Source of the DNA: a virus | Taxonomy: Duplodnaviria; Heunggongvirae; Uroviricota; Caudoviricetes | Direction: 5' to 3' (one strand) | Length of the DNA: 64,000 nucleotides | IMG/VR virus record: IMGVR_UViG_3300021363_000001 | Coordinates: 13,622-77,621 of that record | In this document: piece by piece, positions 29,115 to 40,035 of the stretch | Position numbering within the stretch: position 1 is the stretch's first letter | Layout of the letters: each line of letters starts with the position of its first letter | Made by a program: the position numbers and the translations under genes | The notes under the pieces: generated by a model | Databases searched by the model: none | Told to the model about the DNA's origin: nothing | What the model saw: the letters and a program-made list of their open reading frames with translations, nothing else

Positions 29115-29160
29115 ATTTCTTTGTTCACAGGGCCAACCACCCTTTTAATCATGAAAATCA

Positions 29161-29751
29161 ATGGCGCTAACGCTAAAATTTAGCATTTGCTCAACAGGCA
29201 ACTGCCAAACATTTCAGTTCACAGAAACCACCGGTACCTATGATGCAAGTACGAATCCTGGCGGATGGGGAGCGCCTAATGTAGACATCACTACGGCGCT
29301 CACTGCAATATTGACTATCGTGCAGCCGGACAATACTGTCACAATCATTCCAACTTCTGTACTGTATCCGACTCTTCCAAGTGATTCAAATACATCTGTC
29401 ACTATTACAAATGTGATGCTTGGCTTGAGTGCTGACGCGCCACTACTTCAAGGCAAATACACGATCACCTATGATGTGACAGGTGATGACGGAACTGTGT
29501 GGGCATACAGCGTGACCACTATCACAATGATTTTCTGTTCGGCTGAATGCTGTGTATTGACAATGGCAGGAGCTGTAAGAATATCAAGTGACTGTGATTG
29601 CAAAAACAAAACACTTCAAACATTCAATGAATCATTCGGTTGGCTACAGGCTCTGAAGGCTGCTACAGAATGTGGCAAGAGCAATAAAGCCCAAGATATT
29701 TTAGATCACTTAACACAAATCTGCGCAGGGACAAATTGTAACTGCGGATAA
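29161..29751 (+). CDS. Cys-rich tail-associated protein
   Basis: 196 aa; C-terminal cluster CSAECC...SDCDCKNK...ECG...CAGTNCNCG. Confidence 0.45.
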   Translation: MALTLKFSICSTGNCQTFQFTETTGTYDASTNPGGWGAPNVDITTALTAILTIVQPDNTVTIIPTSVLYPTLPSDSNTSVTITNVMLGLSADAPLLQGKYTITYDVTGDDGTVWAYSVTTITMIFCSAECCVLTMAGAVRISSDCDCKNKTLQTFNESFGWLQALKAATECGKSNKAQDILDHLTQICAGTNCNCG

Positions 29752-29762
29752 TAAAAAAATCA

Positions 29763-31772
29763 ATGAGCACAAATTGTTGTGATAATTGCGGAGCCATTAC
29801 AAGTACTCAAGGCCAAGATGGAGCCAGCGCATATATTTATATTGCCTATGCTGATGACGCCGCTGGAGCTGGATTCAGCAATAGCGATGTATCGAAAAGC
29901 TACATTGCTATAAAGAAAAGCACAACAGCTATTGCAAGTCCGGTTGCAAGCGACTTTGCCGGACTGTGGCATCTGTGGACTGGCTCAAATGGAACCAGTG
30001 GAATGATTGTCATTGGCGATATAGATGCTAGCGGCGATCCTGATTATCCTGCAGCCGTTCAATTTGCTTGTTATCGTATTATTAAATCAGGACGTGTTGG
30101 TGGCGCTGCGGTACTCACTCCAGGGAAAAGAGTTTTCGCGTACACCGATCCTACCACCGGATTTTTAAATGGATGTGATTTAATCATTGCCATAAATGCT
30201 TCTGCCGGCGGAGCCGAAGCTGTTGCTGGGCAGGATTGGTTTGTAATCAAGCAAACAGCTTTTGCTCCGGCTGCAGGAGAAGGAAGTTTTGTGCAAAATA
30301 TAAAACCATCAAGCACACTTGCTACGGTAACAGGCGATGAAAGTGTTGCTTTGGCCGGAACCTCTACTGTGTCCGGGAACAACTCAATGAGTAGTGGTAG
30401 CGGAAATAATATTTCCAGCGACAACTCAATGGCTGTTGGTGACAACAACACAATATCATCATCGGGGACATTTAATGCAGCAGTCGGATTTGGCAATACA
30501 ATCAACGCTGCAGCAACAGGCGCATATGCTTTCGGTTTAAGTAATACTGTTGGTTCTAATAGCTCAACTGCCGTTGGATTCAGCAACTCTGTTTCTAATA
30601 GCGTTGGCGCAGTAGCAGCAGGAAATGGAAATGTTATTTCAAGCACCGGTGTTTCAAATACTACACTTGGCGCACTGAATACAATTTCTGGAACAGCTGC
30701 GCAATCGGTTGCTCTTGGAAAATCAAATACGATAAATGGTGCCGTCATTGGAGCTGGGGCGCTTGGAAATGCCAACGCTGTAAGTGGTGGAGTGATTGCT
30801 AATTCAGCTATTGGATATGGCAACACAGTTTCTGGCAGCGGTGGCGGTAATGTTGGAGCCGGACAACAGAACACAATATCTGGAACGGCAAACGGTTCTT
30901 TTGCCGGTGGATACTTAAATACAATTACAGGCGATCAATCATTTGTTGGCGGATCAAACAACAGCTCAACTGGTACTACTAATTGTAACATCATAGGTTA
31001 TGATGGATCATCAACCGCTATTCACAGCTTACTAACTGGTCGTGGCGGCCTATCAACTATTGATGGGGGTCGTGTTCATTCATCGTCTTTTGCAAGCAAG
31101 AGCGGAAGATTTCAGGTAGAAGATTTTTCTCTTGCCGTTGTAACTGCCAATAATACACCAACGGTTTTGACTGGACGCGAAGATGGTGGCGGCACATTCA
31201 TTATGCCAGGAGAATGCATATGGTCATTCCAGGCTACGGTGACAGGAAGCGTGGCTGTGGCAACGCCTCCAAATATTGCCGGTGACATGATTGAATGGAG
31301 AGTCAAAGGAAGATGTGGCCGTTACACAGTTTTATTTCTAATCCTTGGCGGTATCGCTGGAACATTCGTCCCTGGTGAAACAGTTACTGGATCAATCTCG
31401 GCTGCTACAGCAACTGTTATTTCTGTAAACGGTACATCACTTTACATAAGTAATCCAACGGGAACATTTGGCGCTGCCGATGTAGTAACCGGAGGAACTT
31501 CTGGGGCTACAGGCAACTGGGCTTCTAATAATTTTTCAATCCAGTCATTAATGATTGGAGATTTATTATGGCTTGACGGAGGCACCGCTGCGCCCATCGG
31601 CTATACAACGATAGCTAACACTCCTAATTATGCCTCTGGTGGTGCCGTAGGTGGAACCACATTATCAATCGGTATGTCGGGTTCAACATTAAGATTTCTT
31701 GTTACCGGTCTTGTTGGAAACACAATTCGCTGGGGCGGTCACCTATTGATTTCTCAAACAATGCTTACTTAA
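29763..31772 (+). CDS. tail fiber-like protein with short Gly/Ser/Asn/Thr repeats
   Basis: N-terminal CCDNCG; central reiterated NT(I/V)SG / GxSNTxxG motifs (YadA-head/fiber-like). Confidence 0.55.
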   Translation: MSTNCCDNCGAITSTQGQDGASAYIYIAYADDAAGAGFSNSDVSKSYIAIKKSTTAIASPVASDFAGLWHLWTGSNGTSGMIVIGDIDASGDPDYPAAVQFACYRIIKSGRVGGAAVLTPGKRVFAYTDPTTGFLNGCDLIIAINASAGGAEAVAGQDWFVIKQTAFAPAAGEGSFVQNIKPSSTLATVTGDESVALAGTSTVSGNNSMSSGSGNNISSDNSMAVGDNNTISSSGTFNAAVGFGNTINAAATGAYAFGLSNTVGSNSSTAVGFSNSVSNSVGAVAAGNGNVISSTGVSNTTLGALNTISGTAAQSVALGKSNTINGAVIGAGALGNANAVSGGVIANSAIGYGNTVSGSGGGNVGAGQQNTISGTANGSFAGGYLNTITGDQSFVGGSNNSSTGTTNCNIIGYDGSSTAIHSLLTGRGGLSTIDGGRVHSSSFASKSGRFQVEDFSLAVVTANNTPTVLTGREDGGGTFIMPGECIWSFQATVTGSVAVATPPNIAGDMIEWRVKGRCGRYTVLFLILGGIAGTFVPGETVTGSISAATATVISVNGTSLYISNPTGTFGAADVVTGGTSGATGNWASNNFSIQSLMIGDLLWLDGGTAAPIGYTTIANTPNYASGGAVGGTTLSIGMSGSTLRFLVTGLVGNTIRWGGHLLISQTMLT

Positions 31773-32419
31773 TGTATACCAGAACCGATATAGAAAATTT
31801 ATATGTCCAGATTGGTTGCTGCGCAGCTGATAAGGCATACCAAATGGTACAGCAGTACAACGCTGGTACTGAGGTATGCGATTGTGAGCAAGCGAACTTG
31901 AGTTACCTGGTTAACATCCGTGAGTTTTTAAAATGCTACACGCCGGTTGGTGAAATCATAGATGAGGGCGCTCCGTCAATTTCAACGACTGTCTTTAATG
32001 ATGACACTGGCCCATACGATGCGATCAGTATCCTGAGCAGCTTTAGTTCATTAAACGTTTCGCTCGTTGGCGTATACGCTACCGTAGATGATGCTATCAG
32101 GGCGCTGGTAACACAAATTAATTTAGGTACATGGACTGCTGTGTCTTGGGTTGCGCCGGATGGCAGAATTGTTTTTCGTTTGACAAGCCCAGATGATGAC
32201 ACCTACTGTGGTTCCACATTTACAATTTCTATTCGCTTAACAGGAGGTTCCACTTTTACAACTGTAACAACAGGAACTCTAACTGGTGGCCAATGCCTTG
32301 TTGCTCCTGCTGATTTGTGTATGACGCAAAGCGCCATGGACACATGGTTGAATAATGTAATTGAAAACTTCAGAGAGATATGCAATGGATGTTGCGATGA
32401 CAATAACACTGATGCATGA
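31772..32419 (+). CDS. Cys-rich tail-associated protein
   Basis: 215 aa; GCCADKAYQ...CDCEQ...CNGCCDD. Confidence 0.45.
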   Translation: MYTRTDIENLYVQIGCCAADKAYQMVQQYNAGTEVCDCEQANLSYLVNIREFLKCYTPVGEIIDEGAPSISTTVFNDDTGPYDAISILSSFSSLNVSLVGVYATVDDAIRALVTQINLGTWTAVSWVAPDGRIVFRLTSPDDDTYCGSTFTISIRLTGGSTFTTVTTGTLTGGQCLVAPADLCMTQSAMDTWLNNVIENFREICNGCCDDNNTDA

Positions 32420-32456
32420 TAAAATTAAAATAGTAACACATTAATCACACACACAA

Positions 32457-35400
32457 ATGCCATTTGTTTCAACCTTATATTCCGAAGGCTTAAATACAAT
32501 TCCAATAGCAGCAGTCTCATTTGCTGAGCTGACTCCTATCATTGAAGACCTCAGAAGAATAAATAATGCCAGTGCTGGTGTGGGGCCGCAAGGCGCTCAA
32601 GGCTCACAAGGAGTGAATGGCGCACAGGGCGCACAGGGGAATCAGGGCACTCAAGGCACACAAGGCTCTGCCGGGACGCAAGGGAGCCAGGGGCCACAAG
32701 GCGTGAATGGAACACAAGGCTCTCAAGGTGGCGCTGGTGCGCAGGGCGCTACTGGCGCTCAAGGTTCGCAAGGATCGCAAGGCGTTCAGGGCTCTCAAGG
32801 CACACAAGGAACACAGGGAACACAAGGAGCGGCTGGAGCCCAAGGGCTACAGGGCCCACAAGGTGTTACAGGTGCTCAAGGTAATCAAGGATTGGCTGGA
32901 GCCCAAGGTACAACAGGTTCGCAAGGCTCACAGGGCGACCAAGGATCACAAGGAGATCAGGGATTTCAGGGCGTAACTGGCGCACAAGGCGCACAAGGCG
33001 CACAGGGTCTTCAGGGTAGCCAGGGGACAACCGGTGCGCAAGGGCCGCAGGGTCAGCAAGGAACTCAAGGAACTGCTGGCGCACAAGGCGCACAGGGTGC
33101 GCAAGGAATACAAGGCACTCAAGGCTTCCAGGGAACTACCGGAGCACAGGGTGCAACCGGCGCTCAAGGAAACCAGGGCACACAAGGTCAGGCCGGAGCG
33201 CAAGGCACACAAGGTTCAGCCGGAACACAAGGCGCTCAAGGCGTGCAGGGATCACAGGGCATTCAAGGTGCGCAAGGTCAGCAAGGCGTTCAAGGAACCG
33301 CTGGAGTTCAGGGTACACAGGGAACCCAAGGCAATCAAGGTTTCCAGGGCACTCAGGGTGGCAGTCTTCCAACCAGCGGCGTGCTTGCGGTACAAACAAT
33401 AACTACCGCTCCGCTTCCGGCAAACACTTATGCCAATGGAGTATTAGGTGTTGGCGCGACCTTAACTGGAAATACAAATGCGGCTCTTGGAGTGGTAGGT
33501 GGAATAACGCCATTGGTTGGAGACCGCATCTTAGTAAAAGATGAGGTTACGCCTTCACGCAATGGTATCTTTGATATGACTCAAGATGGAGACGGCGCAA
33601 CCGTTCCATATATCTTGACTCGTACTACTGACTACGATCAGGCTAATACAGAAGTTTTTCAAGGAACATATACAATCGCTTCTGATCCAGCTGCTACTTT
33701 ATATAATCAGTTCTGGTTGATGTATACGGCTGGCTCAATCACAATGGGAACTTCAAATCTGTTGTGGAGTTTTGCTGGCACTCCTGGCGCTCAAGGCTTC
33801 CAGGGTTTCCAGGGAAATCAAGGCGTGCAAGGAACTCAAGGAGTACAGGGCGCTGCTGGAGTTCAGGGGTCACAAGGATTGCAAGGATCGCAGGGATCGG
33901 CTGGAACGCAAGGTGCGCAGGGTGTTCAGGGCGCTCAAGGGTTACAGGGAAACCAAGGCGTACAGGGAACACAAGGAAATACTGGTGCTACTGGAGCGCA
34001 AGGAGCGCAGGGTTTCCAAGGCATACAGGGCAATCAAGGATTCCAGGGCCGTCAAGGATTTCAAGGCACCCAGGGTGTGCAAGGCGCACAAGGGCTACAA
34101 GGTTCGCAAGGCTCCACTGGAGCACAGGGCCCACAAGGGTTCCAGGGCAACCAGGGAAATCAAGGTGTGCAGGGGCAAAGGGGGGTGCAAGGTGCTCAAG
34201 GATTTCAGGGCCGTCAAGGATTTCAAGGTGTGCAGGGCGCTCAAGGATTGCAGGGAATTCAAGGAGCTACCGGCTTCCAGGGCAATCAAGGCGTGCAGGG
34301 TACTCAAGGGTTTCAGGGAATAACTGGAGCTACTGGAGCGCAAGGGACACAAGGCTTCCAGGGAACACAAGGTGTGGCTGGAGTTCAAGGTTCCCAGGGT
34401 GTTCAGGGTTCTCAGGGAAATCAGGGATTCCAAGGATCGCAAGGCGCAACCGGATCGCAAGGAACACAAGGCGCAACTGGTACTCAAGGTGTACAGGGAA
34501 GTCAAGGCGTGCAAGGAACCCAAGGCTCGCAGGGCACACAAGGAGTGACTGGCGCAACCGGCGCACAAGGGACTCAGGGCACACAAGGTGTGCAGGGAGC
34601 ACAAGGAGCACAAGGCGCAACAGGTTCTACTGGCGCACAAGGAACGCAGGGTACTCAAGGATTTCAGGGAACACAAGGATTTCAGGGAGTAGGTATGACT
34701 CCAATTAATATAACTGTTGCTGCAGCACAGGCGCTTGTAACAGGATCAACTGTGATTCCTGGAGGATGGTATAACGTCACTGACTCATCACAAGCGATTG
34801 ACCCAGGAGATAGAATTTTAGTTCAGGGAACCACCACAAGCACATTTGATCAAACCGCTGTTTACCTTGACAATGTTAATAGCCAGCGCAATGAAATCGT
34901 TTACATCCTTGATGATACGCCTACCGATTCTATCATCATGCGCAGAGATGATTACGCAAATGAAATCTGGGACATAAATAATACCAATACAATTTTCAAT
35001 TTTCCATGGGGAGACCAATCTTGCCATAGCAATATAATCCGCAACGGCATAAGCTGGGCTGGAGTAATTCAGTTCTTCAGCAATAATATTTTGACTGGAG
35101 AAAACATTGCAGTTTCATATGGCGGTGGTGTTGGCGTGCCTACGCTGAGCGACAACATCATGCTTCAGGGATCATCTGTCCAGCTTGCTCCCACCGCTAC
35201 ATTCACCTCAAACACCCTTAATGTAAATGCGCTTATTGTTTGTCAAGGGACAATATCTAATTGCATTTTTGGTGCGGGCGCTGTCATTGCTGACGGTGGC
35301 TTCATCCTCACGGGCTGTACATTCCCATCTGGATTCTCTCTAATTGCTACACAGAATTACACCAATGTAATCTTTGGTGTTGGTACATACACTGCGCTAC

Positions 35401-35702
35401 TTACACAAACAGGCGTTGGTGCGCCAGTTGATACTGTATTAGAAAACACACTGGGGGGAACCGTAGTGTGGGCTTATGTTGGGTCTGGCATTTATACAGC
35501 CACTCTTACAGGTGCCTTTACAGCAAACAAAACTGCTGTTTCAATATCTCAAACATCTTCAGCGCAAGGCACCGGATTTGTTGCTTATGCAGACTGGGTG
35601 AGTGCCAACGTGGTGAGTGTGGCTACTTATGATATAGCTGGCGCTGGCTCTGCTGATGATGTGCTCTTAAATAACTTATTCCAAATACAGGTTTACCCAT
35701 AA
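32457..35702 (+). CDS. collagen-like tail fiber protein (1081 aa)
   Basis: Two long tracts of uninterrupted G-X-Q triplets ([10 protein letters not shown]...) separated by a globular segment; C-terminal beta-rich domain. Confidence 0.75.
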   Translation: MPFVSTLYSEGLNTIPIAAVSFAELTPIIEDLRRINNASAGVGPQGAQGSQGVNGAQGAQGNQGTQGTQGSAGTQGSQGPQGVNGTQGSQGGAGAQGATGAQGSQGSQGVQGSQGTQGTQGTQGAAGAQGLQGPQGVTGAQGNQGLAGAQGTTGSQGSQGDQGSQGDQGFQGVTGAQGAQGAQGLQGSQGTTGAQGPQGQQGTQGTAGAQGAQGAQGIQGTQGFQGTTGAQGATGAQGNQGTQGQAGAQGTQGSAGTQGAQGVQGSQGIQGAQGQQGVQGTAGVQGTQGTQGNQGFQGTQGGSLPTSGVLAVQTITTAPLPANTYANGVLGVGATLTGNTNAALGVVGGITPLVGDRILVKDEVTPSRNGIFDMTQDGDGATVPYILTRTTDYDQANTEVFQGTYTIASDPAATLYNQFWLMYTAGSITMGTSNLLWSFAGTPGAQGFQGFQGNQGVQGTQGVQGAAGVQGSQGLQGSQGSAGTQGAQGVQGAQGLQGNQGVQGTQGNTGATGAQGAQGFQGIQGNQGFQGRQGFQGTQGVQGAQGLQGSQGSTGAQGPQGFQGNQGNQGVQGQRGVQGAQGFQGRQGFQGVQGAQGLQGIQGATGFQGNQGVQGTQGFQGITGATGAQGTQGFQGTQGVAGVQGSQGVQGSQGNQGFQGSQGATGSQGTQGATGTQGVQGSQGVQGTQGSQGTQGVTGATGAQGTQGTQGVQGAQGAQGATGSTGAQGTQGTQGFQGTQGFQGVGMTPINITVAAAQALVTGSTVIPGGWYNVTDSSQAIDPGDRILVQGTTTSTFDQTAVYLDNVNSQRNEIVYILDDTPTDSIIMRRDDYANEIWDINNTNTIFNFPWGDQSCHSNIIRNGISWAGVIQFFSNNILTGENIAVSYGGGVGVPTLSDNIMLQGSSVQLAPTATFTSNTLNVNALIVCQGTISNCIFGAGAVIADGGFILTGCTFPSGFSLIATQNYTNVIFGVGTYTALLTQTGVGAPVDTVLENTLGGTVVWAYVGSGIYTATLTGAFTANKTAVSISQTSSAQGTGFVAYADWVSANVVSVATYDIAGAGSADDVLLNNLFQIQVYP
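32560..34700 (+). repeat. nucleotide-level tandem GGN-NNN-CAR triplet repeats encoding collagen-like (G-X-Q)n
   Basis: Reiterated caaggnncncagggn units over about 0.8 kb and 0.9 kb tracts; a similar tract at 37670-37920 and 38270-38540 in the second fiber gene. Confidence 0.7.
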
Positions 35703-35712
35703 AAATAAAATC

Positions 35713-36087
35713 ATGAATTTAACCTTAGCGGACATATCCGCAATCGTAGAACAGTTTTCCGGCAAAACAATTCAGGGAATGCCAACCGCCGTAGTATTAA
35801 ATTTTACTTCGCTGCAATCTCTTGATGATGACCAAAACTCAACGCAAATTTATTTTGGGAATTTAAGCGGAGTGTTGTTCGATAATTCAGAAGTAACCTT
35901 CAGGCGCGTTACCACAGAGCCTTCTGCTCAGGACTTCCCTGCGTTTTCTTATATTGGATCGCAAGCCAATATAGATAATACCGTTTCTGTAAATATCAAT
36001 GACCTGATGTTTACCTATGTGATAGGTGTTGCAAACATCCCCAGCGATCAACTGACGTTCTCCGGATACAAATTTACTGTAGCGTAA
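35713..36087 (+). CDS. hypothetical protein
   Basis: ORF 124 aa between fiber gene and glycosyltransferase. Confidence 0.4.
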   Translation: MNLTLADISAIVEQFSGKTIQGMPTAVVLNFTSLQSLDDDQNSTQIYFGNLSGVLFDNSEVTFRRVTTEPSAQDFPAFSYIGSQANIDNTVSVNINDLMFTYVIGVANIPSDQLTFSGYKFTVA

Positions 36088-36090
36088 TAT

Positions 36091-37332
36091 ATGGTAAGCT
36101 ACTTTACGCCTTTTCACAAGTCAACGATAGAATTTATTCAGCGATGCTATGCTTCCTTGTTAGCACAAGATAATCCAGATTGGGAATGGGTAATCGTGCG
36201 TAACGGAGAAGGCATTGATACAGACCTTTCCTTTTTAGATGCTGATGTGCGGGTAAGATTTTTTTACCACAGCGGCAAAGGAAATATCGGTGGATTAAAA
36301 AAGTTCGCGGTTTCAAAATGCGTGTCAGAGATTATTGCTGAGCTGGATTATGATGATGCGCTCACTCCAAACTGTACAGATAAATTAATTGAAGCGTTCG
36401 CTACCGGTTGTGATTTTGCATATTCTGATTGTTACGAATGCAAAGCTGACGGCACAACCTTCGCGCCATACGGAGCATACTACGGCTGGAGATATAAGAC
36501 TGAAGAAGATGGTAAGATCGTTACCCTGGCTCACGATCCATCACCGGCATCGCTGAGTTACATATGGTATGCGCCTAACCACATTCGTGCGTGGAAGAAA
36601 GAATTTTATGACAAGATCGGTGGGCATGACAGTACTCTTGAAGTAGCCGATGATTTTGATATTTGCTGCCGAACTTATATTTTTGGCACAATGGTTCATA
36701 TCAATGAACCATTGTATTACTACTACCACACAGGAGATAACACTTCAGGTCAAACCGCCAGTGACAACCGCAACGCAAAAATCCAGGAACTTACCCATGC
36801 GCTTCATGATAAGTACATACAGGATATTTGCATCCGCTGGTGCAGACTTAACAATTACTCTGCTCTTGATCTTGGCGGCAGGTTTAATTGTCCTGAAGGC
36901 TTTACTTCTGTTGATCTTCACGATGCTGAAGTCGTTATGGACTTACAACAGCCGTGGGACAAATTTTCGGACAACAGCGTAGGGGTAATCCGCGCATCGC
37001 ATTTACTTGAACACCTAAGCGACACCATTCATTTCATGAATGAAGCATACCGGGTATTAGTACCTGGTGGCTTCTTGCTCATTGAAGTCCCAAGCACAAC
37101 GGGCTCTGGTGCGTTCAGCGACCCTACTCATGTGAAGTTTTTTAACAAGCGCTCATTTGAGTATTACACAAACCAAAGTATAAGTCAGTATATACAGCCG
37201 CAGTATCGTGGACGGTTCCAGAAGAATCGTATCAACGAATATTTTTGGAAAAACTCTGACGTGGCTGTGATCCAGTGTCACATGATTGCATTAAAAGATG
37301 GGTATCATCCTATCGGAGAAAAATTGATGTAA
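36091..37332 (+). CDS. bifunctional family-2 glycosyltransferase / class I SAM-dependent methyltransferase
   Basis: N-terminal GT-A fold motifs (VIVRNGEG, ELDYDDA DxD); C-terminal MTase motifs (LLEHLSD...YRVLVPGGFLLIEVP). Confidence 0.7.
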   Translation: MVSYFTPFHKSTIEFIQRCYASLLAQDNPDWEWVIVRNGEGIDTDLSFLDADVRVRFFYHSGKGNIGGLKKFAVSKCVSEIIAELDYDDALTPNCTDKLIEAFATGCDFAYSDCYECKADGTTFAPYGAYYGWRYKTEEDGKIVTLAHDPSPASLSYIWYAPNHIRAWKKEFYDKIGGHDSTLEVADDFDICCRTYIFGTMVHINEPLYYYYHTGDNTSGQTASDNRNAKIQELTHALHDKYIQDICIRWCRLNNYSALDLGGRFNCPEGFTSVDLHDAEVVMDLQQPWDKFSDNSVGVIRASHLLEHLSDTIHFMNEAYRVLVPGGFLLIEVPSTTGSGAFSDPTHVKFFNKRSFEYYTNQSISQYIQPQYRGRFQKNRINEYFWKNSDVAVIQCHMIALKDGYHPIGEKLM

Positions 37333-37336
37333 TGAA

Positions 37337-39565
37337 ATGGCCACACGCACTGAAAATTTTGTTACAACTGGGAGCCCAGACAAACAAGTATTTGCTATCT
37401 ATGGAATCAAGGCCATTGATGTAGATACTCACACTCAGTATACCCAAGTTGCAACTCCATATGGCTCGGTCTGGCACCAGAGTGGCGTGTTCGCTTATGC
37501 AGACATTACTTTTTTTGGTGGCATTCCAGGAGTAGAAGACAGTATCGTTGTTGATCCGCTCAATGGAAAAATTCATTTCTCAGGCGATGTACTTGCTCCA
37601 GGGAATAATTATTACTACGGAACAAATGGCGCAGGAGTAAAAGGATATTATGTTCTTAGTGCGGGGCCGCAAGGCCCACAGGGATTTCAGGGAACGCAGG
37701 GTAGTCAAGGGCCGCAAGGAGCGCAGGGCAATCAGGGAACTCAAGGCCCACAAGGTTTCCAAGGGACACAAGGCTCAACCGGTGCGCAAGGGGCTCAGGG
37801 AGATCAAGGATTTCAAGGTGATCAGGGGTTTCAAGGAACAACTGGAGCACAAGGCCCACAGGGCGATCAAGGTGTTTCTGGCTCAACCGGGGCTCAGGGC
37901 CCACAAGGAGATCAGGGAACCAGCGGTGGCTTTTCTGATCTGTATCAATTTGCAACAGCTTTTTCTTCTCCAGCGGCAGGATTTTTAACTTTTAATTCTG
38001 GAAGCGCTTCAACAGCAACATCTATATCAATAAATGATATTGATGGGTATGCGCAAAACGCATTAGGAATATGGTCTTCTGTGGTTGCCGGAGACGTGCT
38101 TACTTTTTTTGAAAACGGGTCGGCTGGAAATCATGATTATTTTTTAGTAACAGGAACCTCACACTCAGTAGACCATACCGACCTTGCCGTTACCTACATC
38201 ACTGGTACCACAGGAACACCACCATATGCACTCTTAACATATATTACTGTTAGCATCTCCAAGGCTGGCGCAACCGGTGCGCAAGGAGCCCAAGGGACAC
38301 AAGGAGTGACAGGGGCGCAGGGCACGCAAGGATTTCAAGGAACACAAGGCACCCAGGGTTCTGCTGGAGCCCAGGGAAATCAAGGATTTCAGGGTACCCA
38401 AGGCGTTCAGGGGTCAACAGGTTCTACTGGCTCTCAAGGTACGCAAGGCTTTCAGGGAACGACCGGAACCCAAGGTACGCAAGGAGTGCAAGGCACCACT
38501 GGAGCCCAGGGATCACAAGGAAATCAGGGATTTCAGGGCACATCTCAGGTAGCGATGGTCTACTCCAACACTTCTGCTAGTTCAGCAATTACAGCCAATG
38601 GAGTAGAAACAACTTTCACGCAGCCCTCTTATACAATACCAGCAAACTCACTTATCGCCGGAAGCGTTATAAGAATAAAAGTTTATGGAGTATATACTAC
38701 TTCTGGACTCGCCCCGACCATTAATATAAAAGTAAAGCTGGGGGGAACAACCTATCTGGCTACAGGAGTGATTACAGCAGTAACAGGTGTTACAAATGGA
38801 GGATGGTGGGGTGATGCACAATTTACTGTTTATACTTCCGGGGCGTCAGGTACAATAGACGCGCAAGCATACGGAGAATTTTCTACAGCGATTACCACTG
38901 GGCTTTCTGTAAATATTCCTAACACTGGGACGCAGACTATTGATACTACAGCGGCACAGGCGGTTACATTAACAGCCACATGGGGACAAGCATCATGTTC
39001 TATCTCAATAAGAACAGTAGAAATATTTATTGACAACCTTTCTAATGCCGCTACAGCAGGAACTTTTCTTCAAATAGCAAATAATTTATCTGACCTTAAT
39101 AACACCACAACTGCAAAAACAAATCTTGGAATTATTGTAAAAGCGATGACCTCTGACCAAGGCGGCATAACATCAACTTCATACGCCGATATAACAGGAT
39201 TCTCTTTTGCTATTGCCGCTAACGAAACATGGATTATTGACGCCAAATTCAGAATCACTACTTCTTCAACAAATGGAGCAAGACTATCACTTAATCTACC
39301 AACTGGATGTACCATGCTAGTTCAGGTGGATGGTAACGCATCATCAGCTACTAATTGGGCGCAACAGGAATCTCAAATAACTACTTCTGATGCTGATCCA
39401 GCTCAAATATGTACCGTCATCTGTACCGATGGACGGGGTTTGGTATGGGGCGTAATAACCAATGGCTCTACCGCAGGGACAGTTCAAATGAGAGTCCGAA
39501 CCCAAAATGCTGCCAACACTGTCGCTCTCAAAGGTGGCTCAACTATGCTTGCGCATAGAATATAA
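37337..39565 (+). CDS. collagen-like tail fiber protein (742 aa)
   Basis: Two tracts of G-X-Q/G-X-Y triplets ([13 protein letters not shown]...) flanking a globular domain; C-terminal beta-rich domain. Confidence 0.7.
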   Translation: MATRTENFVTTGSPDKQVFAIYGIKAIDVDTHTQYTQVATPYGSVWHQSGVFAYADITFFGGIPGVEDSIVVDPLNGKIHFSGDVLAPGNNYYYGTNGAGVKGYYVLSAGPQGPQGFQGTQGSQGPQGAQGNQGTQGPQGFQGTQGSTGAQGAQGDQGFQGDQGFQGTTGAQGPQGDQGVSGSTGAQGPQGDQGTSGGFSDLYQFATAFSSPAAGFLTFNSGSASTATSISINDIDGYAQNALGIWSSVVAGDVLTFFENGSAGNHDYFLVTGTSHSVDHTDLAVTYITGTTGTPPYALLTYITVSISKAGATGAQGAQGTQGVTGAQGTQGFQGTQGTQGSAGAQGNQGFQGTQGVQGSTGSTGSQGTQGFQGTTGTQGTQGVQGTTGAQGSQGNQGFQGTSQVAMVYSNTSASSAITANGVETTFTQPSYTIPANSLIAGSVIRIKVYGVYTTSGLAPTINIKVKLGGTTYLATGVITAVTGVTNGGWWGDAQFTVYTSGASGTIDAQAYGEFSTAITTGLSVNIPNTGTQTIDTTAAQAVTLTATWGQASCSISIRTVEIFIDNLSNAATAGTFLQIANNLSDLNNTTTAKTNLGIIVKAMTSDQGGITSTSYADITGFSFAIAANETWIIDAKFRITTSSTNGARLSLNLPTGCTMLVQVDGNASSATNWAQQESQITTSDADPAQICTVICTDGRGLVWGVITNGSTAGTVQMRVRTQNAANTVALKGGSTMLAHRI

Positions 39566-39583
39566 TAATAATTGACAACTTAA

Positions 39584-39913
39584 ATGGACAACATTGACAT
39601 CCAGGACGAGCCAAAAGGAAGAGTAAAGATTGGCGTAATCACCACTTATCGGTCACTCCTGTTAGCAGGGGTTGCCTTAATTGGCTACTTCCAGCATGAG
39701 CAAAGCCTGGAAAGCGAACAGGATCGCGCATCTAACGTTGAAATCCTATTTCGCATAAATAGTATTGAGACAAAGCTGTCGGATTACCAAAATGAAACCC
39801 GTGAAAAACTTCATGAAAATAAATTGGCATTAAACGTCCTGCAGCGAGACCTTAACGACACAAAAGAAAAATATCTCTGGAACAATCCAGCCTTCAGAAG
39901 TAATGTGCCTTAG
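39584..39913 (+). CDS. hypothetical small protein with TM segment and coiled coil
   Basis: ORF 109 aa. Confidence 0.35.
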   Translation: MDNIDIQDEPKGRVKIGVITTYRSLLLAGVALIGYFQHEQSLESEQDRASNVEILFRINSIETKLSDYQNETREKLHENKLALNVLQRDLNDTKEKYLWNNPAFRSNVP

Positions 39914-40035
39914 AGTTGAAATACCAATCATCGGGAAATACTTATTTGTCCTGGATGGAATTCTGGTGGCTATAGTAGTGGGCTGCATACTATATAAATA
40001 TTCTCAAAAACATAACCAATTAAAAAATAAAAAAA

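Noticed and set aside
32604-34676. Many 75-190 aa ORFs on both strands inside the first collagen-like fiber gene (32604-32843, 32707-32976, 33034-33402, 33764-34708, 34095-34676 and others)
   Set aside because: They arise from the GGN-NNN-CAR tandem repeat, which stays open in several frames and on the antisense strand. The long G-X-Q frame (32457-35702) is the only one with protein-like composition and an uninterrupted 1081 aa.
37580-37988. Antisense and alternate-frame ORFs within the second collagen-like fiber gene
   Set aside because: Same repeat artefact as above.
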